Below the pieces are notes generated by a model. That model made no database searches. It was not told the origin of the DNA and worked only from the letters and a program-made list of their open reading frames with translations. From Methanobacteriota archaeon (GTDB lineage Archaea > Thermoplasmatota > Thermoplasmata > SG8-5 > JAGLSY01), in NCBI GenBank assembly GCA_020697715.1, contig JAEHCO010000001.1, forward strand, positions 288,001-352,000: 64,000 nt of DNA, given 5' to 3'. Shown here one piece after another: positions 49,597 through 60,342 of this stretch (within the stretch, counting starts at the first letter, position 1; the number at the start of each line of letters is the position of its first letter). Position numbers and translations under genes: made by a program.

Positions 49597-51660
49597 CTAA
49601 CCTCCCATTAATGATTGACTCAATATCGTGACTATGGAGAAAGTGATGGCAGCAACTGGCAGAGATATTCCTATTGAATACTTCGCCTCTATCGTGTCTA
49701 TGCCATTTTGAATACCCACTGCGAAATATCCTGTTATACCTACTACCATTAGCAAATATACACCTATTATGAGCACGAAATCAGAGGGATCCATCATGGA
49801 TGATGTGAAAGGAAGATCCTGAAATTGATTGTACAGCATGAAGTAAAGTCCAATGGTTATACCCATAACTATTGGAGCGAAGAGAATGGCAGTTGTCTTC
49901 ATCATGTCAACAACTGAACTGAGAGAGTTCTTTATCTCCTGATCCACCTGTATCATATCCCTCAGATAATTGGATATGGTGACTATGGTCTGGCCTGCTG
50001 TGGACGCATCCTTCTGGACAGCCTCTACAACTGTTTCCATGGTGGCTCTTATTGTCCTCGAAGGCACATCTTTCAGAACACCAATGTTCCTATTGAACAG
50101 TATCTCATTAAGTGGTGCCCTTGTCATCTTCAGATTATATGATATGGTGGCGAAAAGCTCGGCCACCATTGTGCCTTTAAGTGTATCGGCCACTTTCTGA
50201 AAAGCGGATTCCAATGGCTCCCCCTCTGAAATACGACTACCCAATTGGAACAATGCATCCGGAAATTCTGCCTCGAGCTTCTTGGTCTCATCCCTCTTCT
50301 TCTTCTGGTATCTGGTCGTGGTAACGAGATAGAAAGATGCTCCCACTGATATTCCCACAACTAAAGGGGTTACACCGAACATATCGATGCCCACCTTCTC
50401 ATATACCACGGGTAAACCAAATGCTCCAATACATATGGTGATAAGCAGGGCGGCGAACCCTATGGTGCGCTTTTGTTTGGTATCGAAAGGTGATTTAATA
50501 TCAGGCGGACTCGTGGTTCCAGGTCTATTACCAAGAACATAATATGAATAAACAAGAGTGATGACCGGAAATACCACGTCCAGCAGAAGTACGATGGGCA
50601 TGATATTGTATTCTTCCACGCTATCGCCAGCCTCCAGAGTGTTTTCCATCCCAGTTGCATCGAAATTCATCATATCTCCCATGTTCATGGAGAGCATGGG
50701 AAGCATGGAGCCCATTATCAGTGGAAGCAATACTCCTAGGGCGAAGACAATCATGGTTGGGCCACTCAAAGAAGCGGCGTAGCCTTCCATGCGGGTCTTG
50801 GTTCCGGTGAGGATTATATCATTTGCTTTGTCCAGTGTTCGTTTTAGTCCTTCCTCTGTCCTTTCCAATGTAGCGGTCCTGATAGCGTACAAAGCTCTAC
50901 GAAAATCCTCATTCCACTGCCCCCATCTTGATGCAAAGTCAACAAGTCCATCCTCTATATTGTTGTACTTTCTCATCATGAGATCCCATGTGAGTTTTTT
51001 AAATTCAGATGCTAAAGGCTCATCCGTGTGATTGCCTGTGAACATAATGGCCTTATCTAGTGTTGGGGAGAGCCTCATTGACATCACAAGATAATTAATG
51101 GCCTCGGGAGCTCTTCCAAGACTCTGTATCCTGACCCTTTGAGCAAGGTTTTCAGGATATGTGGCAAAGAATCCCAGAACTATCAAAGGAAATATGAAGA
51201 CAAAGGGGATGGCGTACATCAAAGAAGTTGCTCCATATATCATGAATATAGGTATTGTGGCCACTGCATTTATGGCAAATACGATCATGGTCATGATCTG
51301 GCTGACCGCCATAACATCGAACTCATCGATGTCCCAACTCAAGAAATCGACAGCTGCTCTAAATTTCTCTTGTTTGAAGACCGCCTCGGCTTTTTCCATC
51401 TTCTTCTTGGCTTCCTTATACTTAGATTCCGCTCTTCTGAACTCCCTGGTAGTATCATCACCACGGATCCTGGCCTCATTCACCTTCTCAAAGGCTTCAT
51501 TAGCCGCGACATCAGCAGTCTCGAAGGCAGTACGGGTCTCCTCGCGCTTCCTCTCTTTGTCCGCTTCAGATGGTCCAGCAGATCTCAAAATTTTTCTTGA
51601 TAATGATATATACCATACGCCGTAAGGTGGCAGATCCTTTTCCAGTCCCTTATTATCATG
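49597..51660 (-). CDS. Type IV pilus membrane platform protein (TadB/TadC, fused T2SSF domains)
   Basis: Two T2SSF-like halves (GRAPEAINYL...PLASEF; EFPDALFQLG...PLESAF) with multiple TM helices; directly downstream of the ATPase. Confidence 0.85.
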   Translation of the reverse strand, partial: HDNKGLEKDLPPYGVWYISLSRKILRSAGPSEADKERKREETRTAFETADVAANEAFEKVNEARIRGDDTTREFRRAESKYKEAKKKMEKAEAVFKQEKFRAAVDFLSWDIDEFDVMAVSQIMTMIVFAINAVATIPIFMIYGATSLMYAIPFVFIFPLIVLGFFATYPENLAQRVRIQSLGRAPEAINYLVMSMRLSPTLDKAIMFTGNHTDEPLASEFKKLTWDLMMRKYNNIEDGLVDFASRWGQWNEDFRRALYAIRTATLERTEEGLKRTLDKANDIILTGTKTRMEGYAASLSGPTMIVFALGVLLPLIMGSMLPMLSMNMGDMMNFDATGMENTLEAGDSVEEYNIMPIVLLLDVVFPVITLVYSYYVLGNRPGTTSPPDIKSPFDTKQKRTIGFAALLITICIGAFGLPVVYEKVGIDMFGVTPLVVGISVGASFYLVTTTRYQKKKRDETKKLEAEFPDALFQLGSRISEGEPLESAFQKVADTLKGTMVAELFATISYNLKMTRAPLNEILFNRNIGVLKDVPSRTIRATMETVVEAVQKDASTAGQTIVTISNYLRDMIQVDQEIKNSLSSVVDMMKTTAILFAPIVMGITIGLYFMLYNQFQDLPFTSSMMDPSDFVLIIGVYLLMVVGITGYFAVGIQNGIDTIEAKYSIGISLPVAAITFSIVTILSQSLMGG

Positions 51661-53767
51661 CATACTTGGCACCTTCCAGGAACCATTTTCTCCATTGTTC
51701 CAGGATCTTATTGAAATCAAGATCGCCATCACTTATGGCATTCTCACGAAGTGCCCAGTATTTGTTATTCATGCGCGAGACCCATTCGATCTTCAGGAGC
51801 TGTGGTTTATCATGCTGTCTCGCATATTCAACCGCATCCAATCGATATCTAGCTCTGACCCTGATATCATTCAAAGCATCCTCCATGGATATGCCCCATT
51901 TCCTGGCGATCTCCCCGATACGCTCGGATTTGTAATTGAAGACATCGGTCTCCATTAATAGATCATTATCACTATCATACATCATCAGGTCATTGAACTC
52001 TCCAGGAACTTCAGATGTCTTGACTGTTTCAGCTATCTGGGTACATCTTCTAAGCAGTTTTTGAGAGCCTTTGGATTGCGTCAAGGTCTGAACCACTATG
52101 ATATCAGTGGCCATGAAGGATGTGGCTGGAATGCCCATGTCACTGGTCGCCCTTTCGAAGGTGGATTTTGCAGAATCCGCATGAAATGTTCCCATGACCG
52201 ATGATCCAGCAGTTCCCGTTCTCATGGCCTCGTATAGAGTTCTAGCCTCCTGGCCTCTTACCTCACCCAATATCAAGGCAGACTCACCCAGTCTGAGAGA
52301 TGTTCTCAAGGCATCATCAGCCGTCATCTCGCCCTTTCCACCAAGGGTGGACTGTACGAACATCCTCTGAACCTTATAGCCCAATTTCTGCATCTCAGGC
52401 ACTGGCAATTCTAAAGTATCTTCGATGGTCAGTATCCTCTGTATTGATGGGAATTCGAGAAGTAAGCTACCCAGAAGTGAAGATTTTCCAGAACCCCTAC
52501 TTCCTGATACCAGCATGGTGCAATGGCCCTCTATAAGGAATGAAAGAAGACCAGCTGAAAGAGGAGATACAGTTCCATTATCAATGAGCTTCAACATCGT
52601 CCAGGGATCGGTCGAGTGTCTGCGGAAAGCGATACCTATGCCATCTGGACTCAATGGCTTTCCTATGGCAGTCACCCTGGTCTGGTGTTGGACAAGATCT
52701 GTTTCCAGCACTGGCATGGCCTCGGAGAAAGGTCTGCCACTCTCATACCTGAACCTGGATACCATACTATCCACGTCCTCATTGCTGAGTATCACATTGG
52801 TAACAAGCTTATCATAGAGATCCTTGTGTGAAAGGCCTCCTATACTGGCATGAATTGGGTTCTTCGGAGCGGGGGCATCGATGTAGATATCCTGCATATA
52901 TGGGTCTTCAAGAAAATATTCAAAAAGCCCGAGTCCGACTGTGTACCTTGCGAGAACGGAAGTGAGATCATCTAGAACCTTCATTTCTTCTTCGGGAGTA
53001 TTGCCTATCTTGATAGAATGCTTATTAGCTATCTGATAGAGTATCTTCTTTCCAAAGGTATCCACATATAGCCTAGCTTGGCCAGGCCTGTCCAATTGGA
53101 TATGCCTTGGACGGTTCCTCATTAATTCTATCTTAGCAAGGTGAATTAGTTTCATAAGATCCGATGGTAGAGAATATTCCTTGGGTTTGATATGATAATG
53201 AGAGTGGGTGAAATCCTTGATCTGCCAAAGGCTCACGAGAGCATCTCCCACCCAATATTCAAGCACCTTTTCAGAATTCTCCGGGGGTTCGGGTGTCACC
53301 CAGGAATAGGAGAAGCCAGGGCGAAGATCATAGTATTTTTCCATAATAAGGGTCATGGCTCGATGAACACGTTTTGCATCTACCGCATAAGGGCCCTTGT
53401 TCTCGAGAGAGATAATAACATCATTTAGAGATGTTATCTTCTCTGTCTTATTTTCTTCACTGGCTTTGGTTATAGTAGGTTCTTCCTTGATGATCACAGG
53501 GGCAGGAGATTCGTACACTTCCTCGGGTTCTGGAACTTCTTCCTCGATGATCACAGGGGCAGGAGATTCGTACACTTCCTCGGGTTCTGGAACTTCTTCC
53601 TCGATGATCACAGGAACAGGAGATTCGTCTAATTCCTCAAGCTCTGGAATTTCCACCTCTTCGATATTATCGGTTGAAATGATCTTCACACCTTTCTTTT
53701 TCGTGTCTTTGTCATCTGCTTCGGTGTTTTCCGATCCCTTATCTTCCTGACCTATAATTTTCACCAT
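51656..53767 (-). CDS. Type IV pilus / secretion ATPase (VirB11/CpaF family) with acidic repetitive N-terminus
   Basis: SGSRGSGKS, IEDTLEL, LRLGES.LILGEVRG.EA, GTFHADSA. Confidence 0.92.
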   Translation of the reverse strand: MVKIIGQEDKGSENTEADDKDTKKKGVKIISTDNIEEVEIPELEELDESPVPVIIEEEVPEPEEVYESPAPVIIEEEVPEPEEVYESPAPVIIKEEPTITKASEENKTEKITSLNDVIISLENKGPYAVDAKRVHRAMTLIMEKYYDLRPGFSYSWVTPEPPENSEKVLEYWVGDALVSLWQIKDFTHSHYHIKPKEYSLPSDLMKLIHLAKIELMRNRPRHIQLDRPGQARLYVDTFGKKILYQIANKHSIKIGNTPEEEMKVLDDLTSVLARYTVGLGLFEYFLEDPYMQDIYIDAPAPKNPIHASIGGLSHKDLYDKLVTNVILSNEDVDSMVSRFRYESGRPFSEAMPVLETDLVQHQTRVTAIGKPLSPDGIGIAFRRHSTDPWTMLKLIDNGTVSPLSAGLLSFLIEGHCTMLVSGSRGSGKSSLLGSLLLEFPSIQRILTIEDTLELPVPEMQKLGYKVQRMFVQSTLGGKGEMTADDALRTSLRLGESALILGEVRGQEARTLYEAMRTGTAGSSVMGTFHADSAKSTFERATSDMGIPATSFMATDIIVVQTLTQSKGSQKLLRRCTQIAETVKTSEVPGEFNDLMMYDSDNDLLMETDVFNYKSERIGEIARKWGISMEDALNDIRVRARYRLDAVEYARQHDKPQLLKIEWVSRMNNKYWALRENAISDGDLDFNKILEQWRKWFLEGAKYA
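53489..53628 (-). repeat. 57-bp tandem repeat, about 2.5 copies (ESPAPVIIEEEVPEPEEVY)
   Basis: GATGATCACAGG units begin at 53489, 53546 and 53603; the first two copies are identical. Confidence 0.9.
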
Positions 53768-53778
53768 TCATTTCACCC

Positions 53779-54396
53779 CTATATGACCACACTGAACCCT
53801 TCAAAATACAGGAAGGCTCTGAACTCTTCTGTTAGATTGAATACATAGACCATGGCCTCTTCCGTTGTCTTGACACATACCTGGCACTCGGCCGTTCTTG
53901 TTTGTTTGACGATCTTGGAAGAGGTGAGGAACTCACTATAGAAGACCTCGATGTCCTCCAATATCATCTTTTTCATACGCCGAAAGATGACTTGGGGGTT
54001 GGCCTTACAACTATTACATGTGGCTCTTCTCTTATCCTTCGCACTCTGGGCTTTGATATCACTGAAGTATTCTCTTGGAGGGTTCCGTAGGGAAAGATTA
54101 TCGATCTCACTAGAGAGGTCTATCAATGTCTTCAGCATCTTCATAGATGGGCCAGAGTATCGCAATTCCGCATAATCACTCAATACCACATTGTCCGCAT
54201 TGTAATTGGCTCCAAGGGCTGTTAATACGCCTTTAAGGCAATGTTTATTTTTAAGATCGGCATCCACTGGACATTCCTTACAATCAAATACCAGACGCAT
54301 CTCCACCGTGGATGATTCAACATCATGATTACAGAATGCTTCCACTTTCTTTTCACCCATTGTCGATCCTTTCGCTTCAGCTGCTTTCTTTCCCAT
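53779..54396 (-). CDS. Cys-rich cytoplasmic protein of the pilus operon (putative Zn-binding)
   Basis: CKEC...C, CNSC, CQVC motifs; tightly operonic with the ATPase. Confidence 0.7.
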   Translation of the reverse strand: MGKKAAEAKGSTMGEKKVEAFCNHDVESSTVEMRLVFDCKECPVDADLKNKHCLKGVLTALGANYNADNVVLSDYAELRYSGPSMKMLKTLIDLSSEIDNLSLRNPPREYFSDIKAQSAKDKRRATCNSCKANPQVIFRRMKKMILEDIEVFYSEFLTSSKIVKQTRTAECQVCVKTTEEAMVYVFNLTEEFRAFLYFEGFSVVI

Positions 54397-54413
54397 AACT
54401 ATCTCTCCAGATA

Positions 54414-57400
54414 CTATTCCTCATTCCTGTCGCCCCTTCGCTTCTTGATATAGAGTACGGCCAATATGACCGCGACCAATAGCAATATGCCCACCATGGA
54501 CACAGCGTATATCGCGCTCGTGGTCCAAACACTGTCATCACCCGCATCATCATCACTTGCCCAGGTTCCGAAATCCAGATCTTCAGACGCTTGGTTATTG
54601 TCCTCATCCTTCTCGATTATGCGATCCATCGGATCCACAGTGGCGTACACTGTTTTTGTTCCGATCGGAGCCGCCCACTCATAATACAAGAGACTATAGG
54701 AAGATTCATCGATCCTTGTGATATTGAAAGAATGGAGTAATGTGTCATCACCCGCATCATTGCTTTCATAGAGATCGACCCCCACATCTGTCAAATTGCC
54801 GTAACCTATATTAGACACATTGGTCGTGATATTCAGTATCCCATTATCATGTTCAGCAAGTATCATGTCGATGGTGAGATCCTTGGAAGTGAGAACTGCC
54901 AGATGTACCGTCTTTTTATTTTCAGCCTCCTCATGCTCCATTATATTATCAGTTGGGAATGCGACAGCGTATATCTGATAATTGCCAATTGGTGCCTGCC
55001 AGTCTATAGAAACTGTGTCGATTTCTCCATGTTCCAATGATATGAACTTTCCCTCTATGAAATCGTCGAAGGTGAAGAACTTCACGAAAACAGAGTCAGA
55101 ATCGGCCTTTCCATCATTTTGTATCGTGGCTGAAACTGTCGCTTTCTCACCTTCATTTATGAGACCGCTGGATATAGAAAGGCTGGAAATACATATATCT
55201 GGAACAAGAGACACTCTCCTGAATGCGAGATTGTTATCGAGGATAAGATCGCTGACATTTAGGAAAACAAAGAGTTCGTGGGCTCCCAGATCCGCAGTCC
55301 AGTAGGCGACCACGGTCGCATTTTCTCCCATATCCACGGAGATTATGTACTTGGTGGCAAATAATTCTCCGTCTTCGGTAGGGTCGCCATCATAGAATTC
55401 CACCTGCACATTGGAGGCGGAAGTATAACCCACGTTCTTGATCATGGCGGTTATGGCCACTGCCTCACCTTGATTTGGGGTATCCGAACTTAGGTCGATA
55501 TTATCGAAGGTGATCGAAAGATCTACTGGACATGTGATGGTGCAATTAAGCCTATTATTATTCTTGACAATTTCAGTAATGGTATTATCATGATCAGCAA
55601 TGGCGAACACATTGTGTATACCACCTGGCACTTCCCAATCTATGGAAACATTCACCATACCAAAACGACTGATGGAAGATACAGGAACGCTCTCGATCAA
55701 TGTACCTCCCGCCTCGGGTTCTCCATCATAGAAGCTCACATTGAAGGCTTGTGTGACGAGGTCCCCTGTGTTTTTTATAATGGCTTCTAACTGGACGGTC
55801 TCGCCTTCCTTGGCGATGATATCCGAGTGATCTCCATTAACAGAAAATGAACTGACCTCCATATCGGGTCTGAAGTAGATCTTGATCGACACCTGTTCCT
55901 CCGTGGTTCTATCATTAGGAGTTGTCAGATTGTTGTAAGTGTAGACTATCGTGTTCCTTTCTATCAATTCAGTATCACAATTGAAATCAAGGAAATGCGC
56001 ATTTGTAGCGGCCACAAACCTTGGCTTTGTCCAGACCCTATCACCCATTAGATCTATAGTGCAATAATAAATGCCTGAATAGGTCACATTGTCAATATCT
56101 ATTATCTTATTGTTCTTCCACACTACGGCGGCCAAACCATCCTGGTTCACCACCGCCTGAGGAAGTTGCACTGGCCTGGTAGTGTAGTTCACCAACTTGA
56201 TAGTTGACCAGGTCTCGGTGGCAGTGTCCCAGGTGCAGTATCTTATATGACTGTCGAATTCCCAATCCTGGGCATGCCAGACAAGGATGATATTGTCACC
56301 ATTTGCCGCAAGAGATGTTGATTCCACACTGAGATTGTCATTCGTGATATATTTGTAAGCTGTCCAATTGGTGCCATTAAAGATGGAATAGACTATCTGC
56401 TGGTCATCCGTGGTATTGAATAGCTCATCGCCATCTCTCGTATGGATGGACATAATGTCACCATTAGGTAGATTGACCATCTTATTATCATAATGGAAAC
56501 TGCCAGATATGAACATGAGTGTAGGAATACTCCAATTGGTGCCATTCCATAAGGAGGATCTTGTGCGTTGATCTCCAGTGGACATCATATCACCATCTGT
56601 GTCATATAGCCAAGACAGAGCGATATTGTCATCAGAGAGCAGTATCGCGCTAGGCTGCATATCTGATGCCACGGCAGGCTTAGTATAAACTATATCTGGA
56701 CCGGATATCATAACATCGTTCTCATCTATTATAGCATATTTCAACACAGCACCATTCATGAAGTTCGTGAGACCGAATGTGGTTGAGGTGAGATCCTGAT
56801 TAGGCACTGTTTCGATCCAGAATACATAAGCCGATCCAGTTTTATTGTATATGACTTCAGGAGTGGTCTCTATTACTGCATTATTGGTCAAGGTTAGGGT
56901 GGTAGAACCAGATGGGCTATCGATCTTAGCCTGGATCTCGTAGTTTGGATTGTGAAAGTCATTGTTAAGGTCCTTACTTGTCACGACTATGGTCTTACCC
57001 TCGAAAGTCGCACTTGCCGGACCTCGGGGGAAGTTTATAGTACCATCCTTATCTGCCATCGCATCTAGGTCCTGCTCGGGTGGAACATATGGAGGTGGTG
57101 TTTCCGTTGTGCCTTCGAAAACATCAAATTCCCAATGGCCAAGTTGGAAAGTGTCCTCGTAGAAGGTCCAATCTTTCCTCCACCACAGGAATTCTATGTA
57201 AGCCCCAATTTCTGCCATCAGGGACACATCCAGGGCGCCATAACAAACAGGATAGAAGCCACCAGCTGTAGAACCATCGATACCGATGGTCGGAGTGTTG
57301 TAAGTGAATCCTGTTGTCAAAGCAATATTCGGATTTCCAGTTATCCTTCCAAACATACCTCCTCCAGCTATCCCGAAGCTCACTCCTATATTAAATTCGC

Positions 57401-59792
57401 AAGTCAGATACAGGCCAAGACCCAGAGTGAATGTGGCTGTTACCTGACCGAATTTCACACCTGACAAAGTTGCTGATATCATTGCTTCTGTAGCTGCCAC
57501 TGCTGAAAAATCCGCGCTCACATCAACAGATGCCATGACAAATGGAGGGAATATGGGGTATTTGGCACTGAATATCTGCCATTCCTTCATAACCTCAAGG
57601 GACGCATACACCCGGGCCTCGAAACTCACCAGATCCAGTAAACTTGCCGGATTCTCAGCGATGTTCATGACAGTGCCCCAAACTTCTTTCAGGGTTTCGA
57701 AAGTTGCCTGATATTCCTCAACTATCTCTACAATATTGGATATGGAATCTGTGAGTCCACTATAATCCGTCGAGCTATTTCTAGATTGATTCTCGGCCGC
57801 ATTTCTTGTCTCATTGAGTGCATTGAGCAGATCGGCCGCATTATCTGGTTTCAGTACCTTTTTCCACAGTTCACCAACTGATGTTTCCAGAACTGTTCCT
57901 TCATTGATCTTCACATCTTTCAGAAGAGAGCCGAATTGCTTCCAATTTGTCAATAGATATTTCCCTTCTTTGATAAGGTCGAATATCTTGGTCAGATTGA
58001 TCTCAATATCCGGAAATCCCACATTCACAGAAGCTTCAACACCTGCCGTGCCCGTGACCTTCATACCCATGACTGTCGATTCCAGTGTTTTCTCCTTCCC
58101 AAAGGATATCTCACCACCTATGGGTATCTTTAATTCCAATACATACTTCTCAGATTGTTGATTTTCCTGACCACTGACATATGGCGTATCATCTGAAGCT
58201 TCAGCCTTCTTACCATCATTGAGGGTTTGAGGAAGCTCCAGTATCAATGTGAAATAATTCAATTGAGCTTTGACAGGGCCATTTCCTCCAGTAGCATTTC
58301 CCGATGTGCTCGGAGTGAAAGTTCGCTCCTGTGTGCCAGTCTCTCTACTGGTGGTCGCCCTTGTTGGATCGTCGGTGTTCTCCATCCAGCGCGGGGGGAG
58401 TTCCATGTATATCGAGGTCTTGTAAGGATCACTTCCAACACCTGCATTGTCAATCGCGGCTATTGTAAGGTTCGAGGTGCCATTTATTCCGCCCATATCG
58501 ATATAGGTCATGAATAAATCTCCTCTACGAGCTTCTTCCATAAGTATCTGGGTAGGTGGAATAGTGCGCTTGGTCGGATCCAAAGAGAATTCATCTTCAT
58601 TGTACCACATAAGGACCTGCCACACGAAGCCATTCTCATCGGTCGCATTTATGGTGAACTTATTGAATACCTCTATACCTTGAACAAATACACCAATTCC
58701 AGGGTCTGGATCATCATATTCGGCTTCTACTGAATTAACCACTGGAGGGATCTCAATGTGTAGATATTCTCTGAAGTTGTTCTTCCCATCGATCTCATCG
58801 ATATTGTCCCCACCTATCATCTCACTGGTCTCATTTGCCTCATCAACATCATATTCGATATAATCCACCTGGGCGATTATTTTCCTGTTCAGTAATGTTC
58901 TGTCAAATGCATCATCATGGTAAAGGTAATCCACCACCCTCCATGGTTGGTCGGCTGTAACTGATATTTCTCCATCTGGGTCAAGGTCCGTGATGATAAT
59001 TGGTTCACCTATTTGGCGGGTCTCATTTCGATCCATTAGATAATCAATGAATCTGACCCTTATCACTCCATCATCATTACCTATGCCATCTACCCATTTG
59101 GCACCCTCTTCATCAGTGCCCATGGTCCCGATGTTCTTTATGACTGCGGAGACCGAATATCCAGGTGGGACATACTTGGTCATCATCTCCGGCTGATATT
59201 CTGCCCAGGTATCATCATCCACCTCATAAGCATCCTCCAAAGGATTATCTATAACTGAAATAGAGCCCACGTACATATCTGGCATCCTTAATTCGCCTTC
59301 CTGACCTTTGACCCTGACAACGACAAAATCTGTGAAGCCTATCGTCTCTTTCTGGATGACCAATTCCCATTTGTCATATCCATCCAATGTCAAGGCGCTG
59401 TTATCAGGAGAAGTTATCGGGATATTCGGATCAGTGACCACTATATGCTCCCAGGCAGACCCGTATTTGTATGATATTGTGGATTGGTTCATACCTGGAT
59501 GTTCTCCTATCCTGTCCCCAATTATTATTGGCCCTAGATCAGAAAATCTTGAAGCACCCAGATCAAGGGTGACCTCTCTTGTTTCCAATGTTCCCTGGCC
59601 ATATACAAAGCGTATGGCAGTGACCAGTTCATCCATGGCCTCCTGTAGATCATTTTTAGTCTGATTCTGAGCATTGACACTCATACCATGATATGCCGCT
59701 GGCACAATGAATCCCACAGCCACCATTATGACCAATAATTTCATTGGCATCTCTTCTAAACCTCTCCAGTCTCCACCGATACGTCTTCCCAT
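54414..59792 (-). CDS. Giant pilin-fusion surface protein (class III signal, pilin domain, CARDB/Ig repeats, propeller-like region, C-terminal TM)
   Basis: GDWRG|LEEMPMKLLVIMVAVGFIVPAA; CARDB motifs (A.IKN.G...V.FYDG.P...W.A..G.H...D....E..K.NN); WNGT.W repeats; C-terminal helix followed by KKRR. Confidence 0.85.
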   Translation of the reverse strand: MGRRIGGDWRGLEEMPMKLLVIMVAVGFIVPAAYHGMSVNAQNQTKNDLQEAMDELVTAIRFVYGQGTLETREVTLDLGASRFSDLGPIIIGDRIGEHPGMNQSTISYKYGSAWEHIVVTDPNIPITSPDNSALTLDGYDKWELVIQKETIGFTDFVVVRVKGQEGELRMPDMYVGSISVIDNPLEDAYEVDDDTWAEYQPEMMTKYVPPGYSVSAVIKNIGTMGTDEEGAKWVDGIGNDDGVIRVRFIDYLMDRNETRQIGEPIIITDLDPDGEISVTADQPWRVVDYLYHDDAFDRTLLNRKIIAQVDYIEYDVDEANETSEMIGGDNIDEIDGKNNFREYLHIEIPPVVNSVEAEYDDPDPGIGVFVQGIEVFNKFTINATDENGFVWQVLMWYNEDEFSLDPTKRTIPPTQILMEEARRGDLFMTYIDMGGINGTSNLTIAAIDNAGVGSDPYKTSIYMELPPRWMENTDDPTRATTSRETGTQERTFTPSTSGNATGGNGPVKAQLNYFTLILELPQTLNDGKKAEASDDTPYVSGQENQQSEKYVLELKIPIGGEISFGKEKTLESTVMGMKVTGTAGVEASVNVGFPDIEINLTKIFDLIKEGKYLLTNWKQFGSLLKDVKINEGTVLETSVGELWKKVLKPDNAADLLNALNETRNAAENQSRNSSTDYSGLTDSISNIVEIVEEYQATFETLKEVWGTVMNIAENPASLLDLVSFEARVYASLEVMKEWQIFSAKYPIFPPFVMASVDVSADFSAVAATEAMISATLSGVKFGQVTATFTLGLGLYLTCEFNIGVSFGIAGGGMFGRITGNPNIALTTGFTYNTPTIGIDGSTAGGFYPVCYGALDVSLMAEIGAYIEFLWWRKDWTFYEDTFQLGHWEFDVFEGTTETPPPYVPPEQDLDAMADKDGTINFPRGPASATFEGKTIVVTSKDLNNDFHNPNYEIQAKIDSPSGSTTLTLTNNAVIETTPEVIYNKTGSAYVFWIETVPNQDLTSTTFGLTNFMNGAVLKYAIIDENDVMISGPDIVYTKPAVASDMQPSAILLSDDNIALSWLYDTDGDMMSTGDQRTRSSLWNGTNWSIPTLMFISGSFHYDNKMVNLPNGDIMSIHTRDGDELFNTTDDQQIVYSIFNGTNWTAYKYITNDNLSVESTSLAANGDNIILVWHAQDWEFDSHIRYCTWDTATETWSTIKLVNYTTRPVQLPQAVVNQDGLAAVVWKNNKIIDIDNVTYSGIYYCTIDLMGDRVWTKPRFVAATNAHFLDFNCDTELIERNTIVYTYNNLTTPNDRTTEEQVSIKIYFRPDMEVSSFSVNGDHSDIIAKEGETVQLEAIIKNTGDLVTQAFNVSFYDGEPEAGGTLIESVPVSSISRFGMVNVSIDWEVPGGIHNVFAIADHDNTITEIVKNNNRLNCTITCPVDLSITFDNIDLSSDTPNQGEAVAITAMIKNVGYTSASNVQVEFYDGDPTEDGELFATKYIISVDMGENATVVAYWTADLGAHELFVFLNVSDLILDNNLAFRRVSLVPDICISSLSISSGLINEGEKATVSATIQNDGKADSDSVFVKFFTFDDFIEGKFISLEHGEIDTVSIDWQAPIGNYQIYAVAFPTDNIMEHEEAENKKTVHLAVLTSKDLTIDMILAEHDNGILNITTNVSNIGYGNLTDVGVDLYESNDAGDDTLLHSFNITRIDESSYSLLYYEWAAPIGTKTVYATVDPMDRIIEKDEDNNQASEDLDFGTWASDDDAGDDSVWTTSAIYAVSMVGILLLVAVILAVLYIKKRRGDRNEE

Positions 59793-59832
59793 TTTATCAT
59801 CTCTCCAATATACTTACTTTGAATCTAATTAC

Positions 59833-60342
59833 TTAATAAACCAATCTCACCTCGACCACCCATGAATACGCAGCCCCATCTCCATCAAGATCACCTTCGA
59901 CCAATTCATCCAGTGTTCTGACCTCCACCATTCGATTTCCCTCTCTGAATTCAAGTACACCTGTCATATTCACCATCGCGATATTGGGATCGGTGATCAT
60001 AAAATATTGCTCCAAACCACCATTGATCCTGTATCTGAAACTCGATAGATTTGACCAAACATCATTGGGGGATCCGCCAATACGCATGTATTCCATACTC
60101 GATGCCACGCCACCAGATAGTTCCAGCTCCACCACTCTCGAGTTCCCGGGACCCATGGAGTACACCTCCCTCACTGCAGACTCAAGATAGCTTAATTGAG
60201 TATCAATAGTCTGCTGGGTCTGCCTTGTGGAATAGACCTCGAGGTAATTCCAAGATATTGGAACCACCATGGCAACGACAATGAACATTATCAGAAGATT
60301 GAGGGGGAATCCCTCCATCCCCCTCCTGTCTAATGGCCTCAT
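59833..60342 (-). CDS. Type IV pilin-like protein
   Basis: MRPLDRRG|MEGFPLNLLIMFIVVAMVVP; VY..GPG..R.V.L.L segment also present in the N-terminus of the 1792-aa protein. Confidence 0.8.
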   Translation of the reverse strand: MRPLDRRGMEGFPLNLLIMFIVVAMVVPISWNYLEVYSTRQTQQTIDTQLSYLESAVREVYSMGPGNSRVVELELSGGVASSMEYMRIGGSPNDVWSNLSSFRYRINGGLEQYFMITDPNIAMVNMTGVLEFREGNRMVEVRTLDELVEGDLDGDGAAYSWVVEVRLVY

